Origin: Octopus sinensis
Taxonomy: Eukaryota
Assembly (NCBI RefSeq): GCF_006345805.1
Contig: NC_043009.1
Coordinates: 68,634,001 to 68,698,000 of the forward strand
Direction of reading: 5' to 3'
Length of the DNA: 64,000 nt
Part shown: piece after piece, positions 14,063-26,856 of the stretch
Numbering within the stretch: the first letter of the stretch is position 1
How the letters are laid out: each line of letters starts with the position of its first letter
Made by a program: the position numbers and the translations under genes
The notes under the pieces: generated by a model
Databases searched by the model: none
What the model saw: only the letters and a program-made list of their open reading frames with translations
What the model was told of the DNA's origin: nothing

Positions 14063-14458
14063 TTACTCTTTACTCTTTTACTTGTTTCAGTCATTTGACT
14101 GTGGCCATGCTGGAGCACCACCTTTAGTCAAGCAAATCGACCCCGGGACTTATTCTTTGTAAGCCCAGTACTTATTCTATCAGTCTCTTTTGCTGAACCG
14201 CTAAGTGACGGGGACGTAAGCACACCAGCATCGGTTGTCAAGCAATGCTAGGGGGACAAACACACACACAGACACATATATATATACATATATACGACAG
14301 GCTTCTTTCAGTTTCCGTCTACCAAATCCACTCACAAGGCATTGGTCGGCCCGGGGCTATAGCAGAAGACACTTGCCCAAGATGCCACGCAGTGGGACAG
14401 AACCCGGAACCATGTGGCTGGTTAGCAAGCTACTTACCACACAGCCACTCCTGCGCCT
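14063..14458 (-). mobile_element. Full-length tRNA-derived SINE, family A
   Basis: Minus strand reads GGCGCAGGAGTGGCTGTGTGGTAAG (box A), GGTTCTGTCCC (box B), TTGGGCAAGTGTCTT core, an internal (TA/TG)n tract, and a tail ending GACTGAAACAAGTAAAAGAGTAAAGAGTAA. Confidence 0.85.
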
Positions 14459-14533
14459 TTTGTGAATAGATATCAACAAAAATATAAATTATGAGGAAAT
14501 AGAATTGGTAACGAAAGAATTGGAAGGAGTTGG

Positions 14534-14630
14534 TTGTACAACATGGTCTTTGTGGTGCAACATGGTCTTTGTACAACATGGTCTTTGTACAACATGGTCT
14601 TTGTACAACATGGTCTTTATGGTGCAACAA
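14534..14630. repeat. Minisatellite, 16-19-bp unit GTACAACATGGTCTTT, about 5.5 copies
   Basis: Direct reading. Confidence 0.9.
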
Positions 14631-14725
14631 TAAACAATTTTCTGGTGCAAAAAATGGCAAGTTTCCAGTTAACTCTTCATAAGTTGTGGTCAAGGAATTA
14701 AGAGAAATGGAAGTGCATTATTATA

Positions 14726-14756
14726 CTAGTAGGTACCCATGGAAAACCCATGGGTC
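14726..14756 (-). mobile_element. Helitron-like 3' terminus
   Basis: Minus strand reads ACCCATGG-GTTTT-CCATGGGT (8-bp hairpin), then ACCTA, CTAG and a flanking T. This is the canonical hairpin + CTRR|T end. No 5' TC end was identified. Confidence 0.5.
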
Positions 14757-14874
14757 ATAAATGTTCAGTTTTAAAGCTAATTATTTGCAGCTAATTGTAT
14801 TTAAAGAGATTGAATGCAATATGTTCCTCTTATCATTTGCTAAATAATAAAATAAACATAAAATTATGGGAAAG

Positions 14875-15172
14875 GGGAGCAAAGCCTAGTGGTTAGAGTA
14901 CTGCCCTCAGAATCTCTAGATCATGGGTTGGATTCTTGGAGCAGGTGGTGCATTGTGTTCTTGAGCAAGACACTTCATATCATGTTGCTCCAGTCCACTC
15001 AGCTGTAAACGTGTGACCCCATGATGAAATAACCTTCCAGTCAGTGGGAATGTTGGCTGGCTCACCTAGCCAGCTGGGGTGGTGCCATTTGAAAGCTAAA
15101 GCAATGCAAAGCACATTGTGACTAGCGATGTACAACATCCTAAAGTCTGATCAATCACATGATACTGTGACA
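14875..15172 (+). mobile_element. tRNA-derived SINE (related copy at 53218-53485)
   Basis: AGCCTAGTGGTTAGAG...GGGTTGGATTC...GTGTTCTTGAGCAAGACACTT. The tail GCTAAAGCAATGCAAAGCACATTGTGAC...GATACTGTGAC is shared with the copy at 53218-53485. Confidence 0.7.
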
Positions 15173-15193
15173 TGCAGATGTGTATATATATAC

Positions 15194-15242
<49 letters not shown>

Positions 15243-15273
15243 ATTGAAGTTATACATAAATAGTTAAACATAT

Positions 15274-15662
15274 CTTTTCCTTTTACTCATTTCAGTCATT
15301 TGACTCTGGCCATGCTGGGGCACCGCCTTTAGTCGAGCAAATCAACCCCAGGACTTATTCTTTGTAAGCCAAGTACTTATTCTATCAGTCTCTTGCTGAG
15401 CTGCTAAGTTACAAGGATGTAAACACACCAGCATCTGTTGTCAAGCCATGTTGGGGGAACAAACAGACACATACACTCACACATACATACAGACACACGG
15501 CGGGCTTCTTTCAGTTTCTGTCTGCTAAATCAACTCACAAGGCTTTGGTCATCTCGAGGCTATAGTAGAAGACACTTGCCCAAAGTGTCACACAGTGGGA
15601 CTGAACCCAGAGCCATATGGTTGGTAAGCAAACTACTTACCACACAGCCACCTCCTGTGCCT
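15274..15662 (-). mobile_element. SINE family A copy
   Basis: Colinear and highly similar to 14063-14458. Confidence 0.85.
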
Positions 15663-16767
15663 GTATATTTCTGTTCAGTATTTCTCTAACTAAATGACCT
15701 ATCAATGTTTAAACCAATTACAGAGACAGTCACAGTATCAAAGCAATAGTTATGTTTGATGTGTAACATATCAAGGGGGAAGACCATGGAAGAGGAGACA
15801 CGCTGCCAAATTAGATGAGTAAATGATAGCATTGTCCCGTGACTGAGAATTACATTTTAAGGATTCACTTGTGCTACTTTGCTGGAAATATCAACCGAAA
15901 TTCCTTTCGGGCATTTTGTCAATTGAAGTTCAGTTTTGTAGATTTGCTTTTCTCAGACAGAACGTGAAGATGCCGCAAGGTGTCAATTACCTCAGCTAAT
16001 TTTGAAACAGCCAATAGACCATCAAAAATAAATTACAGTAACACCATAAAATATATAAATTCTATATACATTAGAATTTTATATTCCTTAAAGTATTTCA
16101 ATAAAGAGAAAGTAATCCAAGTTATATATGCTAGCACATATCAAAATCTACTCTAATTTGAGATTTATTACACAAATAGCCTGCAATACCAGAAAAATAA
16201 TTACAGTATAATTATTGTCATTAAAGAAATAATTGAAATTGCCGTTTGTTATTAGTAACATTGATCCATAACTGAAAACTGTTATTTGAGGATTCATTTG
16301 GGCTACATTTCTAGTAATAACATTTGGTAGTTCCTCCCGGGCCTTTCTTTAATTGTATTTCAGTTTAATAAATTCCACCCTACCACCACCCATCAGCTCC
16401 ATTACTGTATTTTATAATTTCATATCATTTAAACGAATGGTGAAGTAATACATTTCAACAAAGAAGACTAATTCTGGATATAAATGCCATCAGATAACAA
16501 GAGATATCCGGACAGACAAGAGAACTAATCATCATAGATTTATCCATTTACATTCATAATGAATTCTACAAAAAATATTCTTTAATTACATTTGTCCAGC
16601 TTTATTAAGGGGTGAGAATGTGATTGGATGACATTCATGCATTTCCCAGGAGCATTGGTAATAGAAATTAAGTTTCAACTAGAAACCAATCCAAACCAAG
16701 GAAGATTGTGTGAATCAGAAGAAAACAAGGAATCAGGTGATGTTCTGTGTTGGCAAATAATAGGGAA

Positions 16768-17120
16768 TCAGCTGTGTGGTTAAGAAGCTCACTTTTAAAC
16801 CACGTGGCTTCAGGTTCAGTCCCACTGGGCAGCACCTTAGACAAGTGTCTTCTACTACAGCTCCCAGGCCAACTAATACCTTGCAAAGGAATTTGATAGG
16901 TGGAAACTGTGTGGAAATCTAGTGTGTGTGTGTGTGTGTGTGCCATTTAAAAATTGATGTTGGTTTGTTTACATCTCCATAACTTAGCAGTTCAGCAAAA
17001 GAGATCAAGAAAAGAAGTATCTGATTTTCAAAACCAAGTACTAAGATGGATTTGTTCGACTAAAATCCTTGAAGGCAGAGCCCCAGCATGGCCACAGTCC
17101 AATGACTGAAATAAGTAAAA
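16768..17120 (+). mobile_element. SINE family A copy, opposite orientation
   Basis: GCTGTGTGGTTAAGAAGCT...GGTTCAGTCCCACTG...(TG)n...CCCCAGCATGGCCACAGTCCAATGACTGAAATAAGTAAAAG. Confidence 0.8.
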
Positions 17121-17222
17121 GGCAACACATAGAAAGTGGAATAATAGTTCTTCTCTTGAATTAAGAAGTGCAATGACTGAAGCAGAACACTTCAGACATA
17201 AATATGTCATTATCAGCAGACA

Positions 17223-17259
<37 letters not shown>

Positions 17260-18596
17260 AAAGAGTCCCTCTCAAATCAGATTTCTTCCCTTCTACACAC
17301 TGAAATATTTTATCCTGTCTTGCAAACTTTATGAGTTAGACTCAGCTTCCTAATTATGAGATTACACCATTACACCAACTCTATAATGTTCATCCAACTT
17401 GTGAGTTTGAATATTCTTTCGATGTAGAAATCATTGGACAATGACAAATAGCATTTTACAGTTAATTTTTTTTTATTTGATTTTTTTTTTTTGTTCTGTT
17501 TTCATTACACAAAACTTCAAATGTATTTTATAATCGATAAAAGTTTTTAAGATATAAAAGCCACGAAGATTGTAAACAGGACAAATTAAGAATAACAATG
17601 AAGACAAAGACGAAAATATCTCTGGTTAGGATGATGTTTGTAAAACGAGAGTTTTTTTTTTTCTTCCAAAATTTCAAACAAAAGAAATTATAGTGAGGAA
17701 GCAATACTGAGAATGTAATCTATTAAAAGCTACAGTAGATTGTTCCAGGAATCTACAGGAATGATAATAATAAATTTGACTTATTAATAGATAAATCACA
17801 AGCTGCATTCAGTTGGAAATTAAACAGAATGATTTTTAAAATCCCATTCCCCACTGATGAACGACAAATGATAAACTTTAGGAACTTGATATCTTTTTTA
17901 TGGTTTTTGACAGAGAAAGACTAACAGCACCAATGGACTCATCAAAGTCCTGGACATTTGTCTCAAGTCTTAGGACACATAGAATTGGTTGCCTGGTTTA
18001 CAAGTGGCTGAGATTATAACATTCTCCCTGGATAGGATGCCAATCCAACACAGAGTTACTCACTGACAGCTGATTGGATTAGAGCTGTGGGAAACGAAGT
18101 GGTTCACACAATATCACAATTTTTTCCTTTTTGTTAAACTAGTTGAAGAAAAAAACGAATATCTTTATAGCTTTGATCATGGTTTGAGTGCTTACTTTAG
18201 AATGAACTTCACTGAAGACATCCAAGACAACGAAGTTAAAATCAGCTGACAATTTACCACTCATTAACAGATGTGGGTCAAGCTTCTCTATAGTTTTCAA
18301 CAACCAAAACACTTGCCCAAGGTACTGTGTAATTGGATCAAACTCAAAACCATGTGATTGCAAAGCAAACTTCTTTCCTATTTCATGCTACTATGAAGCC
18401 AATAATAAATTTAGAAATATTTCTTTCCATGAAAACCAAGTGACAGACACAAAGATGACACCTTACAGATGACTGTAAAATAAAATGCAACATTTTCTTT
18501 TATAAACTTCATTCTCATAATAATAATATTTAAACATCTATTTTTGCTACTTTTTTAAGCTGGCAGCATTCCTTAAGGCAATATGTCCCAAACCAA

Positions 18597-18808
18597 AAGT
18601 GGTGAGCTGGCAGAAATGTTAGTATGCCAGGCAAAATGCATAGCGGTATTTCATCTGCCGTTACGTTCTGAGTTCAAATTCCGCCAAGGTCAACTTTGCT
18701 TTCATCCTTTTGGGGTCGATAAATTAAGTACCAGTTGTGTACTAGGGTCGATCTAATTGACTGGGCCCCTCCCCAATAATTTCGGGTCTTGTGCCTAGAG
18801 TAGAAAAG
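18597..18808 (+). mobile_element. SINE family B with 17-bp TSD
   Basis: GGTGAGCTGGCAGAA...GAGTTCAAATTCC...TTTCATCCTTTTGGGGTCGATAAATTAAGTACCAG. Flanked by AATATGTCCCAAACCAA (18580-18596) and AATATGTCCCAAGCCAA (18809-18825). Confidence 0.85.
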
Positions 18809-18984
18809 AATATGTCCCAAGCCAATAGCAAACTATAGAGGTATGAGAACGTTCTTGATATAGCAGGCAAAACCAAGAGCTCAGAAACAAACTGAGGATG
18901 CATTTGTTTCCCTTTAACCAGAATTCAAAGCCCTTACCAGGCTTCACCAATGTTAATTAGGTTAATGATTATACACATTTCATA

Positions 18985-19175
18985 AAACTTTAGCATTTAA
19001 ACTGGCCATACCTAACCCTACTATTCTACTTGTTTTATGTTAAAACTAGCTGGATCCAGCCTCTCACATCTCTCCGACAATATCCTTCTAAAAAGAAACA
19101 ATCACATCATCAAAATCTCAAAGCTGTTGGATAATGCACAATTAACTCAAAGCAATGTGAATAAATAAAGGGTTA
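18985..19175. mobile_element. piggyBac-like MITE, internally deleted copy
   Basis: Same body as 39045-39273 and 60750-60963 (TTTAGCATTTAAACTGGCCATA...CACATCATC.AAATCTCAA), ending AAAGGG|TTAA. Confidence 0.55.
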
Positions 19176-19579
19176 AAAAACATGTAAACGAAAACAAAAT
19201 TATCATAAGGTCTTTTTCTTTTAACTCAGCCACCAAACTAATTTAGAAGACACTTGATTAACTTTTTCACACTCTCAGCTGCTAGTATCTCCGCACCTAA
19301 AAATTAACAATTAACCCTCAGAAGGAGGTGCGTCGGTGTCACCAATAGAAAGAGAGAGCATATAGTGTATGAGAGAGAGAGAGAGAGAGAGAGAAGACAG
19401 TTAATATTTTCCAACATGATAAATTAATAAAGAATGCCAAGCTAACAGCCAGACTGCCTCAAAATCCCATGACACAAATTCACTGTTTTAAAGTAGTCTC
19501 AATTAAAACCGTCCATCAAAATTTCATGATACGTTCCTAACACCAGATTAATAATGTTTCTGAGCAATTAAAGTTAGTT

Positions 19580-19613
<34 letters not shown>

Positions 19614-20586
19614 TGGTTCAAAATATAAACAAAAGCTGCTTATTTTAACAGAAATATGGTAGCAAAAACGTTAGAAACTTCTTTTGAATGACATCATTTT
19701 TTACAATTAAGCTAAATTCGCATGCATAAATTCATACACACAAATATACCAATCACACACACACCACATGTAGGGTTAGGGTGTGTGGCTACCAATTTCA
19801 CTCACAAGGTGTTAATGTGCCCAAGGACATAGTAGACAAGCCCAAGGTACTACACAGTAGGATAGAACCTGAAAGCATATAGACAGCCTTGCCTATAAAA
19901 TCCTAACCCTAACCCAGCCATGCCAGCACTTGTGAAATCTGTATCAATGCAGTTAGAATAACAGTCAAAAATGATTGGAAGATAAATATCAATTTGCTAC
20001 TGACCATTAAAATGGATGTGACTAGTGAATGCATTAGTTGAATGGAAAGATTAGAAAAAGAGGATGGTAATTCTATTGAAAGAGACAGAGCATGCCATGT
20101 GCGTGTGTGATATGACAGGACAGTTAATATTTTCCAACATGGTAAATTAATAAAGAACGCCAAGCCAACTGCCAGATCAGGTTTACTTTAATAACCAGAT
20201 CAGTAAACAGCAATTAAAGACATGGAGTTGAGAGTCTAGTGAAGAATTCAGTTAGAATTACCAATACACCATATCGTTTGACAGTATTCGGAAAACATTC
20301 TCTTACGACTAATATGAAACTGAAAGTTAATAAACATTCTCGCAAGCAGGAAATGCGATAGGTCAAATAAGAGGATAATTAGTCACATGGGTAATCAGAT
20401 TATATGTATGGTATTATCTGTTATAGCTGTCATGACAGTTGGACTGTCAACCGTAGTTATAAGGGAGTAAATTTAGTAGATAAATATAAGCAGTGATGGG
20501 GTACTGATCAAGGAAATGAAGGAAGATTATCTTCAGAGTTTTGACTGGTAAGTACTGTAATAAATACAATACCCAAGGTGAATATA

Positions 20587-21822
20587 TCAGGTCATTAAGA
20601 ATGAAGTGTCCGGGTTTTCTTATGCACTGACTTTGACAGTCATTAATTTTGTTTTATCCTGACAATTCTTTGTTTCACAGCATTGAAGAGTTACACCACT
20701 TTTTGAAATGCAATTCATAGTGTCTGATTATATTGTGGGTTTTCTTTAGTAAATCAATTTTTGTGAACCCATGGATAGATCAAAAATCCGTGGTGCTTAT
20801 GAATGTGAGTTCTGCCATGGGACCAATGCATCCCAGACAGCTCGAAACATAAATGAGGTGTTTTGGTGAAGATGTGGTGAATGAGTGCACTGTACACCAA
20901 TGGCTTGAGAAGTTCTGGTCTGGTGACTTTACTCCTGAAAATCAGCCCCGTTGCAGACCTGAGACCAAGATGGATAATGATGCGCTGGAAACTGTAGTGG
21001 AAGCAGATACACCTCAAACTACGTGTGAGTTAGCAGCAAGGTTTGATGTTTCAATTCCAACAGTATTGGACCATCTGAAACAAATTGTCATGGTAAAGAA
21101 GCTGGACAAATGGATACCACATGAACTGAATAAGCATCAGATGACACATCGTCTTGAAACTTGCTGTTCTTTGCTGTCGCAGCATAAAAGTGAACCATTT
21201 TTGCATCGTATTGTTACGTGCAATGAAAAATGATTCTTTTCAACAATAATAAGTGTTCTGTTTGTGGTTGGATAGAGACAAAGTGCCAAACACAATCCAA
21301 AAAAGAATATTTACCAAAAAATGTCAGTGAGACCCGGTAAGTCTATGCGACCTGGTAAATCAATTAGAGCAGATGCATACAATAACCAATTTGATGATAT
21401 GATGAGTGAACTTGCAATAAAACAACCGAGACTGGTCAATAGAGACAGGCCAATTCTCTTGCAAGACAATTCTCGACCACATGTAGCACAAAGAATGCTA
21501 CTCAAGTTACAGGAACTGAACTTGGAAGTACTCTGTCATCCACCATATTCACCAACTGACTATTACGTTTTTCTGGCATCAGACAACTTTTTGCAAGGAA
21601 AAACCTTCAAATCTGAAGAAGATGCAAAAACAGCCTTTCGTGATTTCATCACCTCTTGCTCTCCAGAATTCTTCGCTGCCAGCATAGATAAGCTACCGAT
21701 AAAATAGTAAAATTGTGTTGATAGTTAAGGTGCATACCTTGATTAACTGCACTGCTTTTTGTTGAGATAAAGTAAAAGAAACTTTCAGTTCAAAATCAGA
21801 CATTTCATTCTTAATGACCTGA
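20587..21822 (+). mobile_element. Full-length decayed mariner (DD34D) transposon
   Basis: TIRs TCAGGTCATTAAGAATGAA(G/A)TGTC(C/T)G at both ends, each flanked by TA; 1236 bp long. Encodes transposase motifs WIPHEL, RIVTCNEK, LLQDNSRPH and HPPYSP..DY. Confidence 0.95.
20771..21745 (+). pseudogene. Mariner transposase pseudogene
   Basis: ORF pieces 20853-21233 and 21321-21707. The first catalytic D has become N (TCNEK), a TGA at 21231 replaces W, YSPDLAP is shortened to YSP, and there are frameshifts and an internal deletion. Boundaries approximate. Confidence 0.9.
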
Positions 21823-22943
21823 TAAATATAAACTGTGACTGAAGTATAGAAGAAGTCAACACATTTTGGATGGTGAAATTCAGAAACTGAAAAATTTGTG
21901 AAGGCCTGTTGTCAGAAGAGTTTGGTTAACATCAAATCGTTGTATTAAAGAAGCTGGAATTTAGGACCTTGCCCCTTGTCTAAAAGTGAATAAGAGTAAA
22001 CAATGATGTCACCCAGTCCAAATGACAATGCTTTCTCTCTCTTTAGATTCTATACTCTTCCCAGAATTGATGCATATGAAACTAGGAACTGTCCTATTAG
22101 TTAGGATCGGTTTAACAGTAAACTGTCACTTAAAAAAAAAAAGTACAGACAAAAGAGGTTTGTCAAAACTATTCTACAAAGCCAACCAATGACCAGAGTT
22201 TATTCATATTGTTTGTTTGTTATTAAGGTTATAAATAAGAGGGCCAATCTTATAAATAAATAAAATTAGATTTCTAGAGCATTCGCCTAAAAAATGAAAC
22301 AATATTTACAGTGAGATTTTATTTGATGACAAGAACCAGTCGTTAAGCTGATTAACTGAGAAGAGACAAAACGCTTGGTAATTAAATGTTCTTTCTCATT
22401 TTTTTTGCTCAACAATAAGAGAAAAATAAAAGCCAGTTAGTTTTAAAAGCTTAACTTCATCCTATTGTCTGATCAGAAACTTTTCACCTTTGCTCAATTA
22501 AAATCATCATCATTATCACAAACTACAGAATGAGTCAACTGTTCAAATGCTTTTGAACAATTAAACTTATTTATACACACACACATATGCAGAGATCATG
22601 TACTGACCCAGATGTTGTACTAAACAGGTCAAAAAAGAAAGTTCATCTGAATACAAGTATGAAATGTATTTTTGTAAGCAATCTAATTAATGAAGATTCT
22701 TCACAAGCAATTCTAGACAAAACAGAATCCATAGAATGAAGGGATAACAAATATGGCTGACGGAAAATAGTGTAAAATAATTAACAAAGAAAATAATAAT
22801 AAATCTATAGAGACACAAAATAAAAATGTGGTAATAAGGGGGATAAAAACTGAGAAATCAAAACTTAAACTGGAATTTTTAAAGAAGACATTACTTCCCC
22901 AAAAGTTGTTAAAATTTATGAAAAAATTTGCTTGAAATGTTGG

Positions 22944-23293
22944 GCCAGTACCATGTATAAAGCACCCATGCCGGTTCCACATATAAAGTACCCATGCTGG
23001 TTCCACATATAAAGTACCCATGCCGGTTCCACATATAAAGTACCCATGCTGGTTCCACATATAAAGCATCCGTGCCGGTGCCACGTATAAAGCAGCTGTG
23101 CTGGTGCCACATACGAAGCACTCATGCTGGTGCCATGTAAAAAGCACCCAAGTTGGTATCAGGAAGGGCATCCTAGCTGTAGAAACCATGCCAAAACAGA
23201 CAACTGGATCATGCTGCAGCACTCTGGCTTGCCAGTTCCTGTCAACCCATCCAACCCATCCTAGCACGGAAAACAGATGTTTGATGATGATGA
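22944..23293 (+). mobile_element. RTE 3'-tail fragment with about 8 tandem 26-bp units
   Basis: The unit CCCATGC(C/T)GGTTCCACATATAAAGTA repeats over 22944-23149, followed by the standard AGGAAGGGCATCC...(TGA)n tail. Confidence 0.8.
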
Positions 23294-23588
23294 TAGAGTT
23301 GGAAGCTACATATCACAAAAGCCCTCTTCAGCTATGAGGAAACACTTCAGATGCAGTAATCACTATGCACTCATTGCACTTGTTAGAAACTCCCTCTTAA
23401 TAAATGTTTTTTTTAAATTTTAAATCAACAATATAGTCCTGGATATACAAATAGTTAGGATGGTCAGAGTTGGAAGATCTATCCATAACAAGTCATGCTT
23501 GATCAGGACTGAGAGAGAGGTTAACAACATCAACAGTTGTTGCAATTCAACAAAATGCCTAGGTTCACCAGTAACGAACTGTCCAGTA

Positions 23589-23859
23589 CATGGTTCTCAG
23601 CTGGGGTCCATGTGACCCTTAGCAATCCATGTATGACTGTCTTAAAATTTATCTGCAATAAAGGGGTTTTACTTCTACAAGAGACAAAATGTTTTAACAA
23701 TCGTTTTTTATACAATTCCTAATAATATTTAATAATGAAAGAATATAATGGAATTTTCTTTTTTTTTTTTTGAAGATGAAATAGCTACGAGTGTCCAATA
23801 GAATGAAACAGGAATCAAAGTGGTCCATAGATGAAAACAAAAATGGTTGACAACCACTG
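23589..23859. mobile_element. Old hAT (Charlie-like) MITE
   Basis: Ends are CATGGTTCTCAGC and GTTGACAACCACTG. The flanking 8-mers GTCCAGTA and GTCTAAAA match only partly. Confidence 0.5.
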
Positions 23860-23960
23860 GTCTAAAAGATGTAGCAGTTAACAATACTGTTATTAACACA
23901 GCTCCCGTACAGTTATGCAGAGAAATTTTCACCAAAAGGAGCATTGTTTCTCAAAATGCA

Positions 23961-23993
<33 letters not shown>

Positions 23994-24418
23994 GTGTGTG
24001 TCTGTGTGTGTGTCTGTGTGTGTGTCTGTGTGTGTGTCTGTGGTGTGTGTGTGTGTCTGTCTGTGTGTGTGTGTGTGTGTGTGTGTCTGTGTGTGTGTGC
24101 CTGTGTGTGTGTGTGATGGTAGATTGGTAAAATGATAGCTGGCTTAAACCATCCACCCTTCAAACTCCTTTATGTAAGCAATGAAAGCCACCACTCCCCA
24201 TTTACTTTTTCTACTAGTTTCAGTCAGTTAAACATGACCAGGCTTCGACAGCTGTTTCGAGGAACTTTTAATTCTGATTGATTCCGCTGAACCCAGTTCC
24301 TTGTCTCTTGTGCCTGGAGGAGGGCAAGAGTAAAGATAACCAGACAGCAAATAAAACAGGACTTGGTATACTAAGGTAGCTGAATTCAATACACTGACTT
24401 TTTTTAGCCAACCATTGA

Positions 24419-24453
<35 letters not shown>

Positions 24454-24949
24454 GTACATATTCTAATTTTATTAATGGTGATCTCAGTGTTTCAACAGGT
24501 ATATGGCATAGTCAAACTAAATGACCAAGTGCAACTTCGAAGTCACTGTCAATAAAATTATGATAAATGTTAGACTCTTCCCGTGAATTGATTCTGTTAT
24601 TCAGTCAATGTTCATTGATTTTATGCATATAAAATGTGTGTGCATGTGTTTCTATGTACACACACCCAACACGTTTCAAACAAATTTCCATGTACCGAAA
24701 CTCACACACTGTTGGTGAACCCAAAGCTAAAACAGAAGACAATCTCAGACCATTTTGTGGGGAAACAGTTCTTAACTACACAGCCATGCCCGCATCTGTT
24801 GCTTCGATAAAATGAGAATGTATATATGGATTTGTGTACGTATGTAAATATAAAGCCTTATCCCTTTACACTTTTTAAACTTGGAATATTAAAATTTGGA
24901 ACACTAACATTGGGGTGTAGAGAAAATACAGCCGCAAGATGTTTCAATA

Positions 24950-25205
24950 TTCTGGCACATAAAAAGCACCTTTCAAGCATGGTTGATGCCAGTACCACTT
25001 GACTGAATCCCGTGCCAGTGGCACATAAAAAAAAACCACTCACTGCGCTCTCAGAGTGGTTGGCATTAGGAAAGGCATCCAGCTGTAGAAACCTTGCCAG
25101 ATCAGACTGGAGCTTGGTCCAGCCTCCCAGCTTACCAGTCCTCAGTCAAACCATCCAACCCATGCCAGCATGGAAAGTGGATGTTAAATGACAACGACGA
25201 TGATG
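24950..25205 (+). mobile_element. RTE 3'-tail fragment
   Basis: Closely similar to 7140-7385. Further copies lie at about 11955-12110, 27308-27445 and 27940-28145. Confidence 0.75.
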
Positions 25206-26814
25206 TTTCATTAGCACCCCAGGCAAATGCTTAGCAATATTTCATCAATTTACGCATTCTGAGTTCAAACTCCAAGGTCAACTTTGACTTTCATTCTTTC
25301 AGGGTTGATAAAATAAATACCAGCCAAGCAATAGGGTCGATGTAAATGACTTTGCCTCTCCCACGAACTTGCTGGCCTTGTGCCAAAATTCGAAACCAAT
25401 ATTCTGGTTGAGTTGCTGGGTGAGTCAGTTTAGTCAGATGCTAAACATGACTACCAAAAAACCAGTCAATTTCTATTGATTATTTCAGGACACTACATCA
25501 GCCAGTGGATGTGTTTATGAATTTATAAACAAGAGCAATGTAACAACCGCTTGTGTAGATGTTAGCTTATTCAGTCACAATTGATATCTGCTGTTGTTTG
25601 TGCAAGGACAAAACATTAAAAACAGATCAGGGACAATTTAAAAAGGCAGTTATACAGAAAATGAGTATTTTGAATTCATTATCCAGTGAAAAAATATTCT
25701 CACATTGTAAACTTATTTATTTCTGATGCACAAAGAGGAGGAAATTTATGAAAGATAAATATTGTAATTATATTTTTTCCATTTAAAAAAAAAAAGAAGA
25801 AACAGTTGAGTAAATACGAAATCATCATCATTGCTTTCACATTTATTTTCCGTGGTGATCTAGATGGGACAGCAAAGTGCTTCATCGCATTCATAAGGCC
25901 CCATTAATCTCAGGTGCAAGTCCCCAGGTCTTCCACCACATGCATTTCCATCAAAAGTCAGCATTCAGTTTTTCTTCCCCCACCTTAAACAAACATCATT
26001 CATTTGCCTGATACAACATGTCCGTATTGGCACAGATCACAATATCTAGTTTTTATGCTCAACAGAACTAAGCTCCAAACCCACAGTACATGAAAATTGT
26101 TTGTATATGGGGTGCGGGTATAGGTGTGTGATAGGATGAGGATGTATGTATGTATATATATATACACATACATATACATATATAAATATGTATATATGTG
26201 TATGCGGGAGTGTGAATGTATATATACATACATATATAGTGTATATATATGTGTATATTTGTGTGTGTGAGTGTGTGTGTATTTATATGTATAAATGTCT
26301 AAATAGACAAGAAGAAAATGGAGGAAAAATAACAAACATAACTGTCTTCTGTGCTAGCAAGCCATTATTTAATTAGTAAATAAAGGTGAGAGAGTGAGAG
26401 TGAAGTTGTTTACGATCGTTTCTGTTTACGATGGTGAGGAAAATATATATTTATATATTTGCCTGGTTGTCAATGGTAGACATCGACAGAACGAAGAAGT
26501 CAGGTGGAGAGAAGAAGAGTGGAAGATCAATGGTTACATCGGAAAAGAGATCAAAGATTGGAGTGTCTTACATTCTGGTTGGGTTCACACTTTGTTAAGT
26601 CCGTTGTGAAGTGGATGAAGAATATAAGTTAGTTGGACTTGTGGTCTCGTGGTTATTCAGTGGCATGTCTTGCACGTGCCTGTGACTTCTGGGGGTTCAC
26701 CAGCAGTGCAATGTAAAGGAGTTAAATGTCTAAATATATATGTATTATGTTATGTGTATGCATGCAAACACCTATGTGTGTATGAAGTGAAGTTGCGTAC
26801 ACACACACACACAC

Positions 26815-26856
<42 letters not shown>

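Noticed and set aside
20853-21707. Domesticated SETMAR-like or active transposase
   Set aside because: Stops, frameshifts, a catalytic D-to-N change, a truncated YSPDLAP and intact TIRs indicate a dead transposon copy; there is no SET domain.
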